Shown one piece after another: positions 8,687 to 16,407 of a DNA stretch of 64,000 bases. The stretch spans positions 4,364-68,363 of the forward strand of contig JBHELG010000033.1 of NCBI GenBank assembly GCA_046263195.1, in the 5' to 3' direction. The stretch comes from Nitriliruptorales bacterium (GTDB lineage: Bacteria > Actinomycetota > Nitriliruptoria > Nitriliruptorales > JAHWKO01). The notes below the pieces were generated by a model, which saw only the letters and a program-made list of their open reading frames with translations, did no database searches and was not told the origin of the DNA. How positions within the stretch are numbered: position 1 is the first letter of the stretch; each line of letters opens with the position of its first letter. A program made the position numbers and the translations under genes.

Positions 8687-9649
8687 ATGCCAGCACGGAT
8701 CCTCGTGACCCGCCCGTTGCCGGGTGGGCTCGAGGTCCTCCGAGACCACGAGCTGCTGGTTCGTGACGATGGACCGCTTGACCACGGCCAACTGGTGTCC
8801 GCGGTAGCGGACTGCGACGCCCTGGTCTGCCTCCTCTACGACCGCATCGATGCCGAGGTCATCACTGCGGCGCCTCGGCTCAAGGCTGTGGCTACCGTCG
8901 CCACCGGTTACGACAACATCGACGTCGACGCCGCCACCGATGCCGGAGTGTTGGTCTGCAACGCGCCGGGTGTGCTTGACGACACCGTGGCAGATCTCAC
9001 GGTAGGACTCCTCATCGCCGCGGCGAGACGCTTCTCGGAGGCAGAGCGCGACCTCCGAGCCGGCCGCTGGCAGGGCTGGGACATCGACCAGTACCACGGG
9101 TATGACCTGCACGGTTCGACGCTCGGGCTCATCGGCTACGGGCAAATAGGCCGGACAGTGGCCCGACGAGTCTCAGGCTTCGATATGACCGTGCTCCACC
9201 ATTGCCGTACCCCTACTGGGGAGGGGGGCTACGTCGACGAGCTGGTTGAGCTGCTCGCTCAATCCGACTTCGTAAGCCTGCACGTGCCGCTGACGGATTC
9301 CACCCATCATCTCATCGGGGCGCGAGAGCTGGACCGGATGAAGCCCACGGCCATACTCGTCAACACCTCGCGGGGGCCGGTGGTTGACGAGGAGGCCCTC
9401 GCCTCCGCGCTCGAGGAGGGCAGCATCTTCGCGGCCGGACTCGACGTGTTCGAACGGGAACCCGACGTCCACCCGGGGCTGGTTGCCTCGCCCCGTGCCG
9501 TGCTGCTGCCCCATATCGGTTCGGCGAGTACTGCCACCCGCACTAGAATGGTGCGAACAGCCGCGAGCGGGCTGGCCGCAGCTCTGTCTGGGGACGTGCC
9601 CGACAACGCCGTCAACCCCGAGGCCTGGTCCCAGGCTCGCCGGGATTAG
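8687..9649 (+). CDS. D-isomer-specific 2-hydroxyacid dehydrogenase (glyoxylate/hydroxypyruvate reductase-like)
   Basis: Inside ORF 8600..9649. ATG at 8687 ('MPARILVTRPLP'). NAD motif 'LGLIGYGQIGRTVARR'; catalytic region 'LVNTSRGPVVDE...PHIGSAS'. Confidence 0.9.
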   Translation: MPARILVTRPLPGGLEVLRDHELLVRDDGPLDHGQLVSAVADCDALVCLLYDRIDAEVITAAPRLKAVATVATGYDNIDVDAATDAGVLVCNAPGVLDDTVADLTVGLLIAAARRFSEAERDLRAGRWQGWDIDQYHGYDLHGSTLGLIGYGQIGRTVARRVSGFDMTVLHHCRTPTGEGGYVDELVELLAQSDFVSLHVPLTDSTHHLIGARELDRMKPTAILVNTSRGPVVDEEALASALEEGSIFAAGLDVFEREPDVHPGLVASPRAVLLPHIGSASTATRTRMVRTAASGLAAALSGDVPDNAVNPEAWSQARRD

Positions 9650-9655
9650 GCGTCC

Positions 9656-10024
9656 TCACCGGCCTCGTTTGGGGTAGCGCTTGCGGTCGGGGTGGCCGCG
9701 CAGGATGCGGTGAAACACCTTCGGCAGCCCGGCTCGTGGAAGCAACTCGTGGCGGCGGACGATGCGGTCGTCCGCGTCTATGTCGACCTGGCCAGCCCGC
9801 GTTGCCGCGACTCCACGGCCGCGCGCCTCGGCGTACCAGATCGCCGGCCACGTACCTTCAGGTGTGGCGGGCTCGGTTCCCTTCCTGGGTTCGTCGTCAT
9901 ACTCATCCACGGGATCAAGCCACTCCAACTCGATGGCGAACACCCATGGCTCGGGGAGGTGGTGCGACTCGTCGCAAACCATTTCGGCCAGCCATTCCGG
10001 CTCACAGCAGCGTCGCCGTGCCAT
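9656..10024 (-). CDS. hypothetical acidic protein; either an independent ORF or the 3' part of a frameshifted gene
   Basis: Inside ORF 9656..10084(-). ATG on complement 10022..10024. 'MARRRCCEPEWLAEMVCDESHHLPEPWVFAIELEWLDPVDEYDDEP...' has good third-position GC bias. No family recognised. Confidence 0.4.
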   Translation of the reverse strand: MARRRCCEPEWLAEMVCDESHHLPEPWVFAIELEWLDPVDEYDDEPRKGTEPATPEGTWPAIWYAEARGRGVAATRAGQVDIDADDRIVRRHELLPRAGLPKVFHRILRGHPDRKRYPKRGR

Positions 10025-10308
10025 CTCCAGCGGATGCCGTCGGCCCCTTCGACGATGACGTAGCGGATGGGACGACCGCCCCACGCGTACCGCTCGGTCG
10101 GCGCCTCTTGGAGCCGCTGCTCGACCCAGTGGTCGAATGCGGCCGCTCCTACCGGCCGTGCGTCCACGATCTCGACGCGGTAGGCGGTGTGCTGTCGCGT
10201 GAAGGCTTCGGGTACCAGGCGCTGGGCGAAGTCGTGGATAACGCGGTCGTCGAGCAAGGGTCGCTCCTTCCAGGCATAGAGAATCGCTCGAGCGGCGCTG
10301 CTATCCAC
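9778..10308 (-). CDS. hypothetical protein downstream of the HNH gene; coding signal is convincing only for ~10025..10308
   Basis: Inside ORF 9778..10446(-). A GTG on complement 10306..10308 shares one base with the HNH gene TAG (TAGTG). 'ARAILYAWKERPLLDDRVIHDFAQRLVPEAF...IRYVIVEGADGIRWRW' looks protein-like. After ~10024 this frame turns S/R/P-rich while the 9656..10024 frame becomes protein-like. Confidence 0.35.
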   Translation of the reverse strand: MDSSAARAILYAWKERPLLDDRVIHDFAQRLVPEAFTRQHTAYRVEIVDARPVGAAAFDHWVEQRLQEAPTERYAWGGRPIRYVIVEGADGIRWRWHGDAAVSRNGWPKWFATSRTTSPSHGCSPSSWSGLIPWMSMTTNPGREPSPPHLKVRGRRSGTPRRAAVESRQRGLARST

Positions 10309-11510
10309 TACGGCGGGTCGGGTCCGAAGATGAGGCCGGCCTGGGCGTCCCGTTGTGTCTTGTCGCGGTGGTGGGGGCGGCAGCGGGGTCTGAGGTTGTG
10401 GTAGGCGGTGGGACCGCGGTGGGCGAGGGGCTCGTCGTGGTCCCACTCGAGCCCGTGGCGGCGTGCGCAGCCCTCCTCGACGCAGGTCGCCCCGTCCAGG
10501 TCGGGGGATGGGCCCAGTTCCAGGGCGGTGCGCATCTCGGCGGGGATGTGGCGACCGAAGTGCTTGACCTTGCGGATCTCACAGCCCTCCACGAGCACCG
10601 CTTTGAGGAAGGCCTCGTCGGCGATGCGGCGGGCCACGCGGACCGGCAGGGGGCCAACACCTGGGATCTGGCAGCGCTCGCCGTCGTGGGTGTGGCCACG
10701 GCGCAGTGCGTCGAGGTCGACCACCACAACCAGGTCGGCCCGTGGAGCGCTGCCCGCGCCCGGCCCCGAAAGCAGCTTCACTAGGGCGTCCGCGGCGTAG
10801 GCGCCCCGCGACTCGCGCCCTCCCTGCCGCCACGCTTGGCGGTACTCGCGGTCGGTCTGGGCGTCGATGCGGTGGACCAGCGGGACGCCCACCTCGGGGG
10901 GCAGTCGGAAACGGCCCGCGACCATGCCCTCGTCGTCGACCCAGTGATGGAACTCCCGCGCCCGCTGCTGACGCTCGTGCAGGGCGTCGCGGTCGACTTC
11001 GGCGTTGAGACGTACCCGCCGAACCTGCTCTTTCAAGCCGCGCCAGTCCTCCCACTCCGCAGTGCGTAGCAGGTCGGCCTCGGCGGACGGGTCGACGGCT
11101 GCCGCCTTGGCAACCTCGGCCGCTTGGGCTTCGGAGATGCGCCCCGCTGCGAAGGCCTGCCTCGTGGCCTCAAGACCCTCGATGGCCTTGGCGGCCTCGA
11201 TGGATGCAGCCGCCTGCCTTGGGCTGGTGCCCATGGTCCTGGCCAGCCACTGCGCCCCCGACCCATGCCCCCTGACCCGATGCGCCCCGCACTCCTCCAC
11301 TCGGGCAGCAGCCCGCGCCCGGGCCGCCGCACACACCTTCTCCCCCCGGGTCAGCGCCTCGACGACCTCGACCGCCTCCGATCCGGAGACGTATCCTGGA
11401 TCAAAGTCCCCCAGCGCGTGTACGAGGGTCTCAACCGCCTCGACGATCCTCTGCATGACCCGAACATACATTCGGGGTGGGACATCGAGGTCCCCCAGTG
11501 GACGACTCAC
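10308..11510 (-). CDS. DUF222 + HNH endonuclease (13E12-repeat-type, mobile-element-like protein)
   Basis: ORF track 400 aa, GTG start. N-terminal DUF222-like helical region; C-terminal HNH 'CVEEGCARRHGLEWDHDEPLAHRGPTAYHNLRPRCRPHH'. Confidence 0.85.
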   Translation of the reverse strand: MSRPLGDLDVPPRMYVRVMQRIVEAVETLVHALGDFDPGYVSGSEAVEVVEALTRGEKVCAAARARAAARVEECGAHRVRGHGSGAQWLARTMGTSPRQAAASIEAAKAIEGLEATRQAFAAGRISEAQAAEVAKAAAVDPSAEADLLRTAEWEDWRGLKEQVRRVRLNAEVDRDALHERQQRAREFHHWVDDEGMVAGRFRLPPEVGVPLVHRIDAQTDREYRQAWRQGGRESRGAYAADALVKLLSGPGAGSAPRADLVVVVDLDALRRGHTHDGERCQIPGVGPLPVRVARRIADEAFLKAVLVEGCEIRKVKHFGRHIPAEMRTALELGPSPDLDGATCVEEGCARRHGLEWDHDEPLAHRGPTAYHNLRPRCRPHHRDKTQRDAQAGLIFGPDPP

Positions 11511-11571
11511 CGTGGATAAGTCGCCTGCCGGCTACCCGAAGGTCCTAAGCCCTCCCACGCAGAAGGTGGCG

Positions 11572-11958
11572 GTGGGCACCGTTGACCGAGTGAGCCGGAA
11601 ACTCGATTCTTGGCGGAAGACCGTCACCGATCTGGCCGGTGCTCGATCGGAAGAATTCGGGGCCGCTCGGCGACGTGAAGCGGTGACACGGGAGCGGACC
11701 TGGTTACAGCAGACGCCGGAAGGTCCCCTGGAGATCGTGGTCATGGAGACGGACGACCCAGCGAGGACGTTCCAGTCGATCGCTACCTCACAGGAACCGT
11801 TCGACGACTGGTTCCGGCAGTTCGTGCTGGAGCTCGCCGGTGTCGATCTCTCGCAGCCAGCGCCCCTCGTCGCTGCCCGAGCAGGTCCTGGACTGGTCGA
11901 CCGACGAGTAGCTCCGGGAGGTAGATGCTCGCAAGCTCAGGATGCGCGACGCCCCTGA
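11572..11958 (+). CDS. small hypothetical protein (possibly ABM/dimeric alpha-beta-barrel-like); C-terminus ambiguous
   Basis: 3' part of ORF 11005..11958, whose 5' part is antisense to the HNH gene. GTG at 11572 has GAAGG 5 nt upstream. 'WRKTVTDLAGARSEEFGAARRREAVTRERTWLQQTPEGPLEIVVMETDDP...PFDDWFRQFVLELAGVDLSQP'. A +1 frame from the C-run at 11863..11866 gives a more natural end with a stop at 11909..11911. Confidence 0.4.
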   Translation: MGTVDRVSRKLDSWRKTVTDLAGARSEEFGAARRREAVTRERTWLQQTPEGPLEIVVMETDDPARTFQSIATSQEPFDDWFRQFVLELAGVDLSQPAPLVAARAGPGLVDRRVAPGGRCSQAQDARRP

Positions 11959-12000
11959 CAGGCACGTGGAGCAAACCGCGCACACTGCGCGCCCCACCCC

Positions 12001-12029
12001 TTGGCAACCGAACCTGCCCCTCCTAGGGT
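12001..12029 (+). promoter_or_regulatory. candidate SigA-type promoter of the B12 operon
   Basis: TTGGCA (12001..12006), 17-nt spacer, TAGGGT (12024..12029), directly upstream of the riboswitch. Confidence 0.35.
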
Positions 12030-12230
12030 TCGCGCGTCACGGCGACGCCACCAGGAACGCGGTCGGATTCCGCGGCGGTCCCGCCACTGTGACCGGGGAG
12101 TGAGCCTCCGGGGCGTACCTAGACGTCCGACGCAATCAAGCGGCCACCGGTGGGGTCCGGGAAGGCCGGAGGCGGAAGCTTTGATCCGGGAGCCAGGAGA
12201 CTGGGGCGTCGTCACGGGCCAGCGGGCCGG
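12030..12230 (+). promoter_or_regulatory. cobalamin (AdoCbl) riboswitch
   Basis: The core 'CCAGGAACGCGGTCGGATTCCGCGGCGGTCCCGCCACTGT' (12051..12090) matches the conserved GGGAA...GGTG.GAATCC...CCCGCCACTGT region. The B12-box-like 'AGCCAGGAGACTGG' is at 12191..12204. It sits directly upstream of cbtB. Boundaries are approximate. Confidence 0.85.
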
Positions 12231-12252
12231 GGAGCCCGAGAAAGGCGCGCGC

Positions 12253-12426
12253 ATGCATGTGATCCTGCGGCTGCCAGGTCACCTGCAAGTCTCTCTGTTC
12301 GTTGTCGGGGCGCTGCTCGTGGCCTACGCCGTGCTGTTCGACCAGGGGCGTCTCACGGCGGGCCAAGGGCTGTTTCACGAGGTGTTCCACGACGCCCGCC
12401 ATCTGCTCGGGATTCCCTGCCACTAG
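12253..12426 (+). CDS. cbtB: cobalt transporter subunit CbtB
   Basis: Last 57 codons of ORF 12001..12426 from the ATG at 12253. One TM segment and the family-typical C-terminus 'HEVFHDARHLLGIPCH'. Confidence 0.85.
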   Translation: MHVILRLPGHLQVSLFVVGALLVAYAVLFDQGRLTAGQGLFHEVFHDARHLLGIPCH

Positions 12427-12441
12427 CACGCGGATAGACGG

Positions 12442-13194
12442 GTGACCCACCAGACGCTCGCGTCCTGCTTGCGGCGGGGACTTCTTGCCGGCCTGCTCGG
12501 GGGGCTCCTCGCCGGGTTCTTCGCCCTCGTGATCGGGGAGAAGCCACTCGAGCAGGCGATCCGCTTGGAAGCAGTCGCAGCGTCGAGCGGAGTGGCCAAC
12601 ACACAAGCGCCCGCGGACCCCGAAGGGGACGGCACCGGGGTGGTCGTTTCCCGTCGCACTCAACGCCTCGGCCTGCTCGCCGCCACCGGTGTCGTCGGCG
12701 TCGCACTCGGTGGCCTGTTCGGCGCCGTGTTCGCCATGGTGGGCGGAGGAGTAACCACGGACGGTCCATGGCTGGCGAGCGTGAAGCTCGGAGTGGCGGC
12801 TTGGCTAGCGGTCGCGGTCCTGCCCTCCCTGAAGTATCCGGCCAACCCTCCCGGTGTGGGCGACCCCGCCACGGTGGGTTCGCGCAGCGTCTGGTATCTC
12901 ACCGCGATCCTCCTGTCTGTCGTCACGGCCCTGGCCGTCTGGGGGTTGAACGGTCGGCTGAAGCACGTCGGGGTCTCCGTTGCGCAGCGGCACCTGCTCG
13001 CCGGCGCCGCTGCGGTGGCGGGAGTCGTCCTCGTCGCGGCGCTGCCCGCCAATTCGGACCCGATCAGGATTCCTGCGGACCTGCTCTGGAACTTCCGCCT
13101 CAACGCGTTCGCTACGACGGCCACCTTGTGGTTCACGCTCGTGGTCGTTTTCGGCCTGCTCGGCGTCCGTGGGGCTCACCGGGGGGCCAGGTGA
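12442..13194 (+). CDS. cbtA: cobalt transporter subunit CbtA
   Basis: ORF track 250 aa, GTG start, multi-TM. 'GLLAGLLGGLLAGFFALVIGEKPLEQAIRLE' is typical of the CbtA N-terminus. Paired with cbtB behind the riboswitch. Confidence 0.8.
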   Translation: MTHQTLASCLRRGLLAGLLGGLLAGFFALVIGEKPLEQAIRLEAVAASSGVANTQAPADPEGDGTGVVVSRRTQRLGLLAATGVVGVALGGLFGAVFAMVGGGVTTDGPWLASVKLGVAAWLAVAVLPSLKYPANPPGVGDPATVGSRSVWYLTAILLSVVTALAVWGLNGRLKHVGVSVAQRHLLAGAAAVAGVVLVAALPANSDPIRIPADLLWNFRLNAFATTATLWFTLVVVFGLLGVRGAHRGAR

Positions 13195-13796
13195 CGAAGA
13201 CGACCCGCGTCCTGCTCGTGCGTCACGCACCCACCTCCTCGACTCGTCGCGCAAGCTTTCCCTCCGACGAGGAACTCGACGCGCGGGGTCGCGTCGAGGC
13301 CGCCACCCTTCGCGGCACGTTGCCGCGGGTGACTGCGCTCACAAGTCCGGCGGAAAGAGCGGTTGAGACGGCGACCCTTGCCGGCTTCCGGGAGGCGACC
13401 ATAGAGCCGGCGCTCGCCGAGTGCGGCTTCGGGCGCTGGTCCGGACGCACGTTCGGCGAAGTTCAGCGGGAGGACCCCGAGCGGTTCGCTGCCTGGCTCG
13501 CCGACCCACAGGCGTGCCCGCCGGGCGGTGAATCGATCGGCAGGCTCGTCGGACGCGTGGCCGGCCTGCTCGAACGTGTGCGTGCCGGTCCTCCCGTCCT
13601 CTGCTTCACGCACGGGGGGCCGATCAAGGCCGCGGTCGTATACGCGCTCGAGGCACCGCTGACGGCGGTATGGCGAGTCGACGTGGCGCCCTGTTCCGTG
13701 ACCGAGCTTCACGCACGCCCGGAAGGGGGCTGGACGCTGACCCGTTTGAACGTGCCGGCCGCCGCCTTCGTCACGGCGGGGAGGATATCGGCGTGA
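13191..13796 (+). CDS. cobC: histidine-phosphatase family protein, probable alpha-ribazole-5'-phosphate phosphatase
   Basis: 3' part of ORF 12768..13796. The GTG at 13191 overlaps the cbtA TGA (GTGA). 'VLLVRHAPT' is an RHG-type motif and 'CFTHGGPIKA' follows later. Function inferred from operon context. Confidence 0.7.
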   Translation: MTKTTRVLLVRHAPTSSTRRASFPSDEELDARGRVEAATLRGTLPRVTALTSPAERAVETATLAGFREATIEPALAECGFGRWSGRTFGEVQREDPERFAAWLADPQACPPGGESIGRLVGRVAGLLERVRAGPPVLCFTHGGPIKAAVVYALEAPLTAVWRVDVAPCSVTELHARPEGGWTLTRLNVPAAAFVTAGRISA

Positions 13797-14878
13797 TGCC
13801 TGCATCGGCGCCTCCTCGTGGCGGCGCGTCAACCGCGTCGATGCCCCCTCGGGACGCAAGTGGCGGCGTCCTGGCGGCTGGCATCGCAGCCGGCTACCTG
13901 GGTGACCTCCTACTGGGAGACCCTGCCCGTGGCCATCCGGTGGCCGGCTTCGGACGGCTCGCTCTGGCGTTCGAACGCCTCGCCTATCGCCCCACGCGGC
14001 TGGCCGGTGCCGTTTATGCCGGTGTGCTCGTCTCGGCGGTCACGGTTGCGGTCGCCGCCATCGATCGGGCGGTGGCCGCAAGAGCCCCGGTACGCGTGGG
14101 TTTCACTGCGGTCGTGACCTGGGCCGCGCTGGGCGGCCGTAGCCTGCGTCGCGAAGGCCGTGCGGTCGCGGCGCTGATCGAAGCCGGCGACCTGGACGCG
14201 GCACGTCGTCGTCTACCGTCGCTCTGCAGCCGCGACCCTGGGTCGCTCGACGAGAAGGGACTGGTGCGCGCGGCGATCGAGTCGCTCGCCGAGAACACCT
14301 CCGATGCAATCGTCGCCCCCCTCGTGTGGGGGACTCTGGCGGGGCCAGCCGGGACCGCCGCTCACCGTGCCGCGAACACGCTCGACGCGATGGTCGGCTA
14401 CCGAACTCCTCGCTACCTGCGCTTCGGCACCGCAGCCGCTCGTCTGGACGACGTCCTCAACCTCCTGCCGGCTCGGATCACGAGCGTGCTCGCGGCCGTG
14501 CTCGCCCCCGCGGTAGGCGGCTCTCCGGCTCGCACCTTCGCCACCATCCGGCGCGACGGCGGCCACCATCCCAGTCCCAACGCTGGGCGTACCGAGGCGG
14601 CCTTCGCTGGCGCCCTCGAGGTGCGGCTCGGCGACGACGAGGTCTCCTACCACGGTCGCGTCCTTCGCCGCCCCCCGGTCGGGGACGGACCGCCCCCCTC
14701 CCCGGTCGACGTGGAGCGGGCTGCACGTCTCTCCGCCCTGGTCGGTCTGATCGCTATCGCGCTGACGGTTGGCGCTTGTCTCAGGAGTGCGAGGAACAGC
14801 CCGGGCAGCGCCGCAGGCGCGGGCGGGTGGGCCTGGCAGGGCAGCGCCGCCGGCGCGGGCGGGTGGGCGCGCAGATGA
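13796..14878 (+). CDS. cbiB: adenosylcobinamide-phosphate synthase CbiB/CobD
   Basis: Inside ORF 13670..14878. The ATG at 13796 shares one base with the upstream TGA. 'ENTSDAIVAPLVWG' and 'HHPSPNAGRTEAAFAGAL' are present. The C-terminus carries a duplicated 'GSAAGAGGWA' tail. Confidence 0.9.
   Translation: MPASAPPRGGASTASMPPRDASGGVLAAGIAAGYLGDLLLGDPARGHPVAGFGRLALAFERLAYRPTRLAGAVYAGVLVSAVTVAVAAIDRAVAARAPVRVGFTAVVTWAALGGRSLRREGRAVAALIEAGDLDAARRRLPSLCSRDPGSLDEKGLVRAAIESLAENTSDAIVAPLVWGTLAGPAGTAAHRAANTLDAMVGYRTPRYLRFGTAAARLDDVLNLLPARITSVLAAVLAPAVGGSPARTFATIRRDGGHHPSPNAGRTEAAFAGALEVRLGDDEVSYHGRVLRRPPVGDGPPPSPVDVERAARLSALVGLIAIALTVGACLRSARNSPGSAAGAGGWAWQGSAAGAGGWARR
14803..14874 (+). repeat. 36-bp tandem duplication (2 copies) at the cbiB 3' end, directly abutting the cobQ ATG
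   Basis: 14803..14838 and 14839..14874. The first 30 nt of each copy differ at a single position (gggcagcgccgc[a/c]ggcgcgggcgggtgggc). In frame (12 codons). Confidence 0.9.
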
Positions 14879-16407
14879 AAGGGGCGATCCTCCTGGGAGG
14901 AACGGGGTCGGACGTCGGCAAGAGCGTGCTCGTCGCTGGCCTGTGTCGCTGGCTGTCCCGCTGCGGCGTCAAGGTGGCGCCGTTCAAGGCTCAGAACATG
15001 GCGTTGAACTCGGTCGTGACTCCCGACGGCGGTGAGATCGGACGGGCGCAGGCGGCTCAGGCTGCAGCGGCAGGCGTGGCCCCCGAGGTCGCCATGAACC
15101 CCGTGCTCATCAAGCCGACCGGCGAGCGCCACAGCCAGGTTGTCGTCATGGGTCGGGCCGCCTTCAACGCCAGCGCACGCTCGTACCGCGACCACGGCGC
15201 AGAGCTCCTCCCGGTCGTCATCGAAGCGTTCTCGGACCTGTCCTCGCGATTCGACGTCGTCGTCTGCGAGGGTGCCGGGAGCATCGCCGAGATGAACCTC
15301 CGCCGCGGCGACCTCGCCAACCTCGGACTGGCCAGGGCCTTGGACCTGCCCGTCGTCGTCGTCGGAGACATCGACCGGGGCGGGGTCTTCGCCGCCTTCT
15401 ACGGCAGCCTCGCCCTGCTCGAGGCCGCCGACCAGGCGCACGTAGCCGGGTTCATCGTCAACCGCTTTCGCGGCGACCGGGGCGTGCTCGCGCCCGGACT
15501 GCGGCAGCTCGCAGCGCTCACCGGCCGCCCGGTGCTCGGCGTGCTGCCCCACCAGGACGGGTTGTGGCTCGACGCCGAGGACAGCCTGTCCTTGGACGTG
15601 GGTGGCTGGGACCGCGGCGGAGGCGGAACCATCGACGCACTGGATGTTGTCGTGGTGCGCCTGCCACGAATCAGCAACTTCACCGACGTTGACGCCCTGA
15701 CCGTCGAACCAGGCGTGTCCGTGCGCTTCTCGACGAGTCCGGCCGCGATCGCGCGCGCCGATCTCGCGATCCTGCCCGGTTCGAAGTCGACGGTAGACGA
15801 CCTGTCCTGGCTGCGGCGTATGGGAATCGCAGGCGCCCTACTTGAGCGGGCTGCGGCCTGCAGACCGATTCTCGCAGTCTGTGGCGGCTACCAGATGCTC
15901 GGACGTCGTATCGTCGACGAGTTCGAATCCGGCGCCGGTGAGGTCGACGGGATCGGGCTCCTGCCGGTCGAGACCCGTTTCGAGCCCACCAAGCACCTCG
16001 ACCGTCCCATGGGTGTGTGCCCGTTCCTGGGCTGGGTGGACGCAAGCGGCTATGAAATTCGTCATGGACGAACTCGGGTGGCGGGTGACACCCCCTTCCT
16101 CGTTGCCGTTGACGGCTCTCCTGAGGGTTGCGTCGTCGGCAGTGTGATCGGCACGTCGTGGCACGGGTTGCTCGAGGGGGACGTCCTGCGCCGTGCCCTG
16201 CTCAGGTGGGTGGCGGATACGACGGGACGTGACTGGCGGCCCGGCATCCGACCATTCGAGGCGGTGCGCGAGGAACGGCTCGATCGCCTCGGTGACCTCG
16301 TCGCAGCGCACCTAGACACGGAGGCGTTGACGGCGCTCATCGATAGGGGGCCCGCGAGCGGTCTGCCGCTCGTCCCGCCCGCCGGCGTGCCGGAGGTGGG
16401 TAGATGA
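14875..16407 (+). CDS. cobQ: cobyric acid synthase CobQ/CbiP
   Basis: 3' 510 codons of ORF 14326..16407. The ATG at 14875 overlaps the cbiB TGA (ATGA). 'GTGSDVGKSVLVAGLCR', 'FKAQNMALNS', and a GATase-3 region 'AVCGGYQMLG'. Confidence 0.95.
   Translation: MKGAILLGGTGSDVGKSVLVAGLCRWLSRCGVKVAPFKAQNMALNSVVTPDGGEIGRAQAAQAAAAGVAPEVAMNPVLIKPTGERHSQVVVMGRAAFNASARSYRDHGAELLPVVIEAFSDLSSRFDVVVCEGAGSIAEMNLRRGDLANLGLARALDLPVVVVGDIDRGGVFAAFYGSLALLEAADQAHVAGFIVNRFRGDRGVLAPGLRQLAALTGRPVLGVLPHQDGLWLDAEDSLSLDVGGWDRGGGGTIDALDVVVVRLPRISNFTDVDALTVEPGVSVRFSTSPAAIARADLAILPGSKSTVDDLSWLRRMGIAGALLERAAACRPILAVCGGYQMLGRRIVDEFESGAGEVDGIGLLPVETRFEPTKHLDRPMGVCPFLGWVDASGYEIRHGRTRVAGDTPFLVAVDGSPEGCVVGSVIGTSWHGLLEGDVLRRALLRWVADTTGRDWRPGIRPFEAVREERLDRLGDLVAAHLDTEALTALIDRGPASGLPLVPPAGVPEVGR

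Noticed and set aside
14326-14874. N-terminal 183 codons of the 693-aa ORF containing cobQ, and similar 5' extensions of the cobI, cobM, cbiD, cobL, cobJ, cobH, cbiX and cobU ORFs
   Set aside because: All the extensions are Arg/Pro/Gly-rich out-of-frame reads of the preceding gene. In each case a start codon overlapping the upstream stop (ATGA/GTGA) gives the family-typical N-terminus.
15915-15940. tRNA T-loop-like 'GTTCGAATCC' (also 'GGTTCGAC' at 55848)
   Set aside because: The first lies inside the cobQ reading frame. Neither has flanking sequence that can form acceptor, D or anticodon arms.
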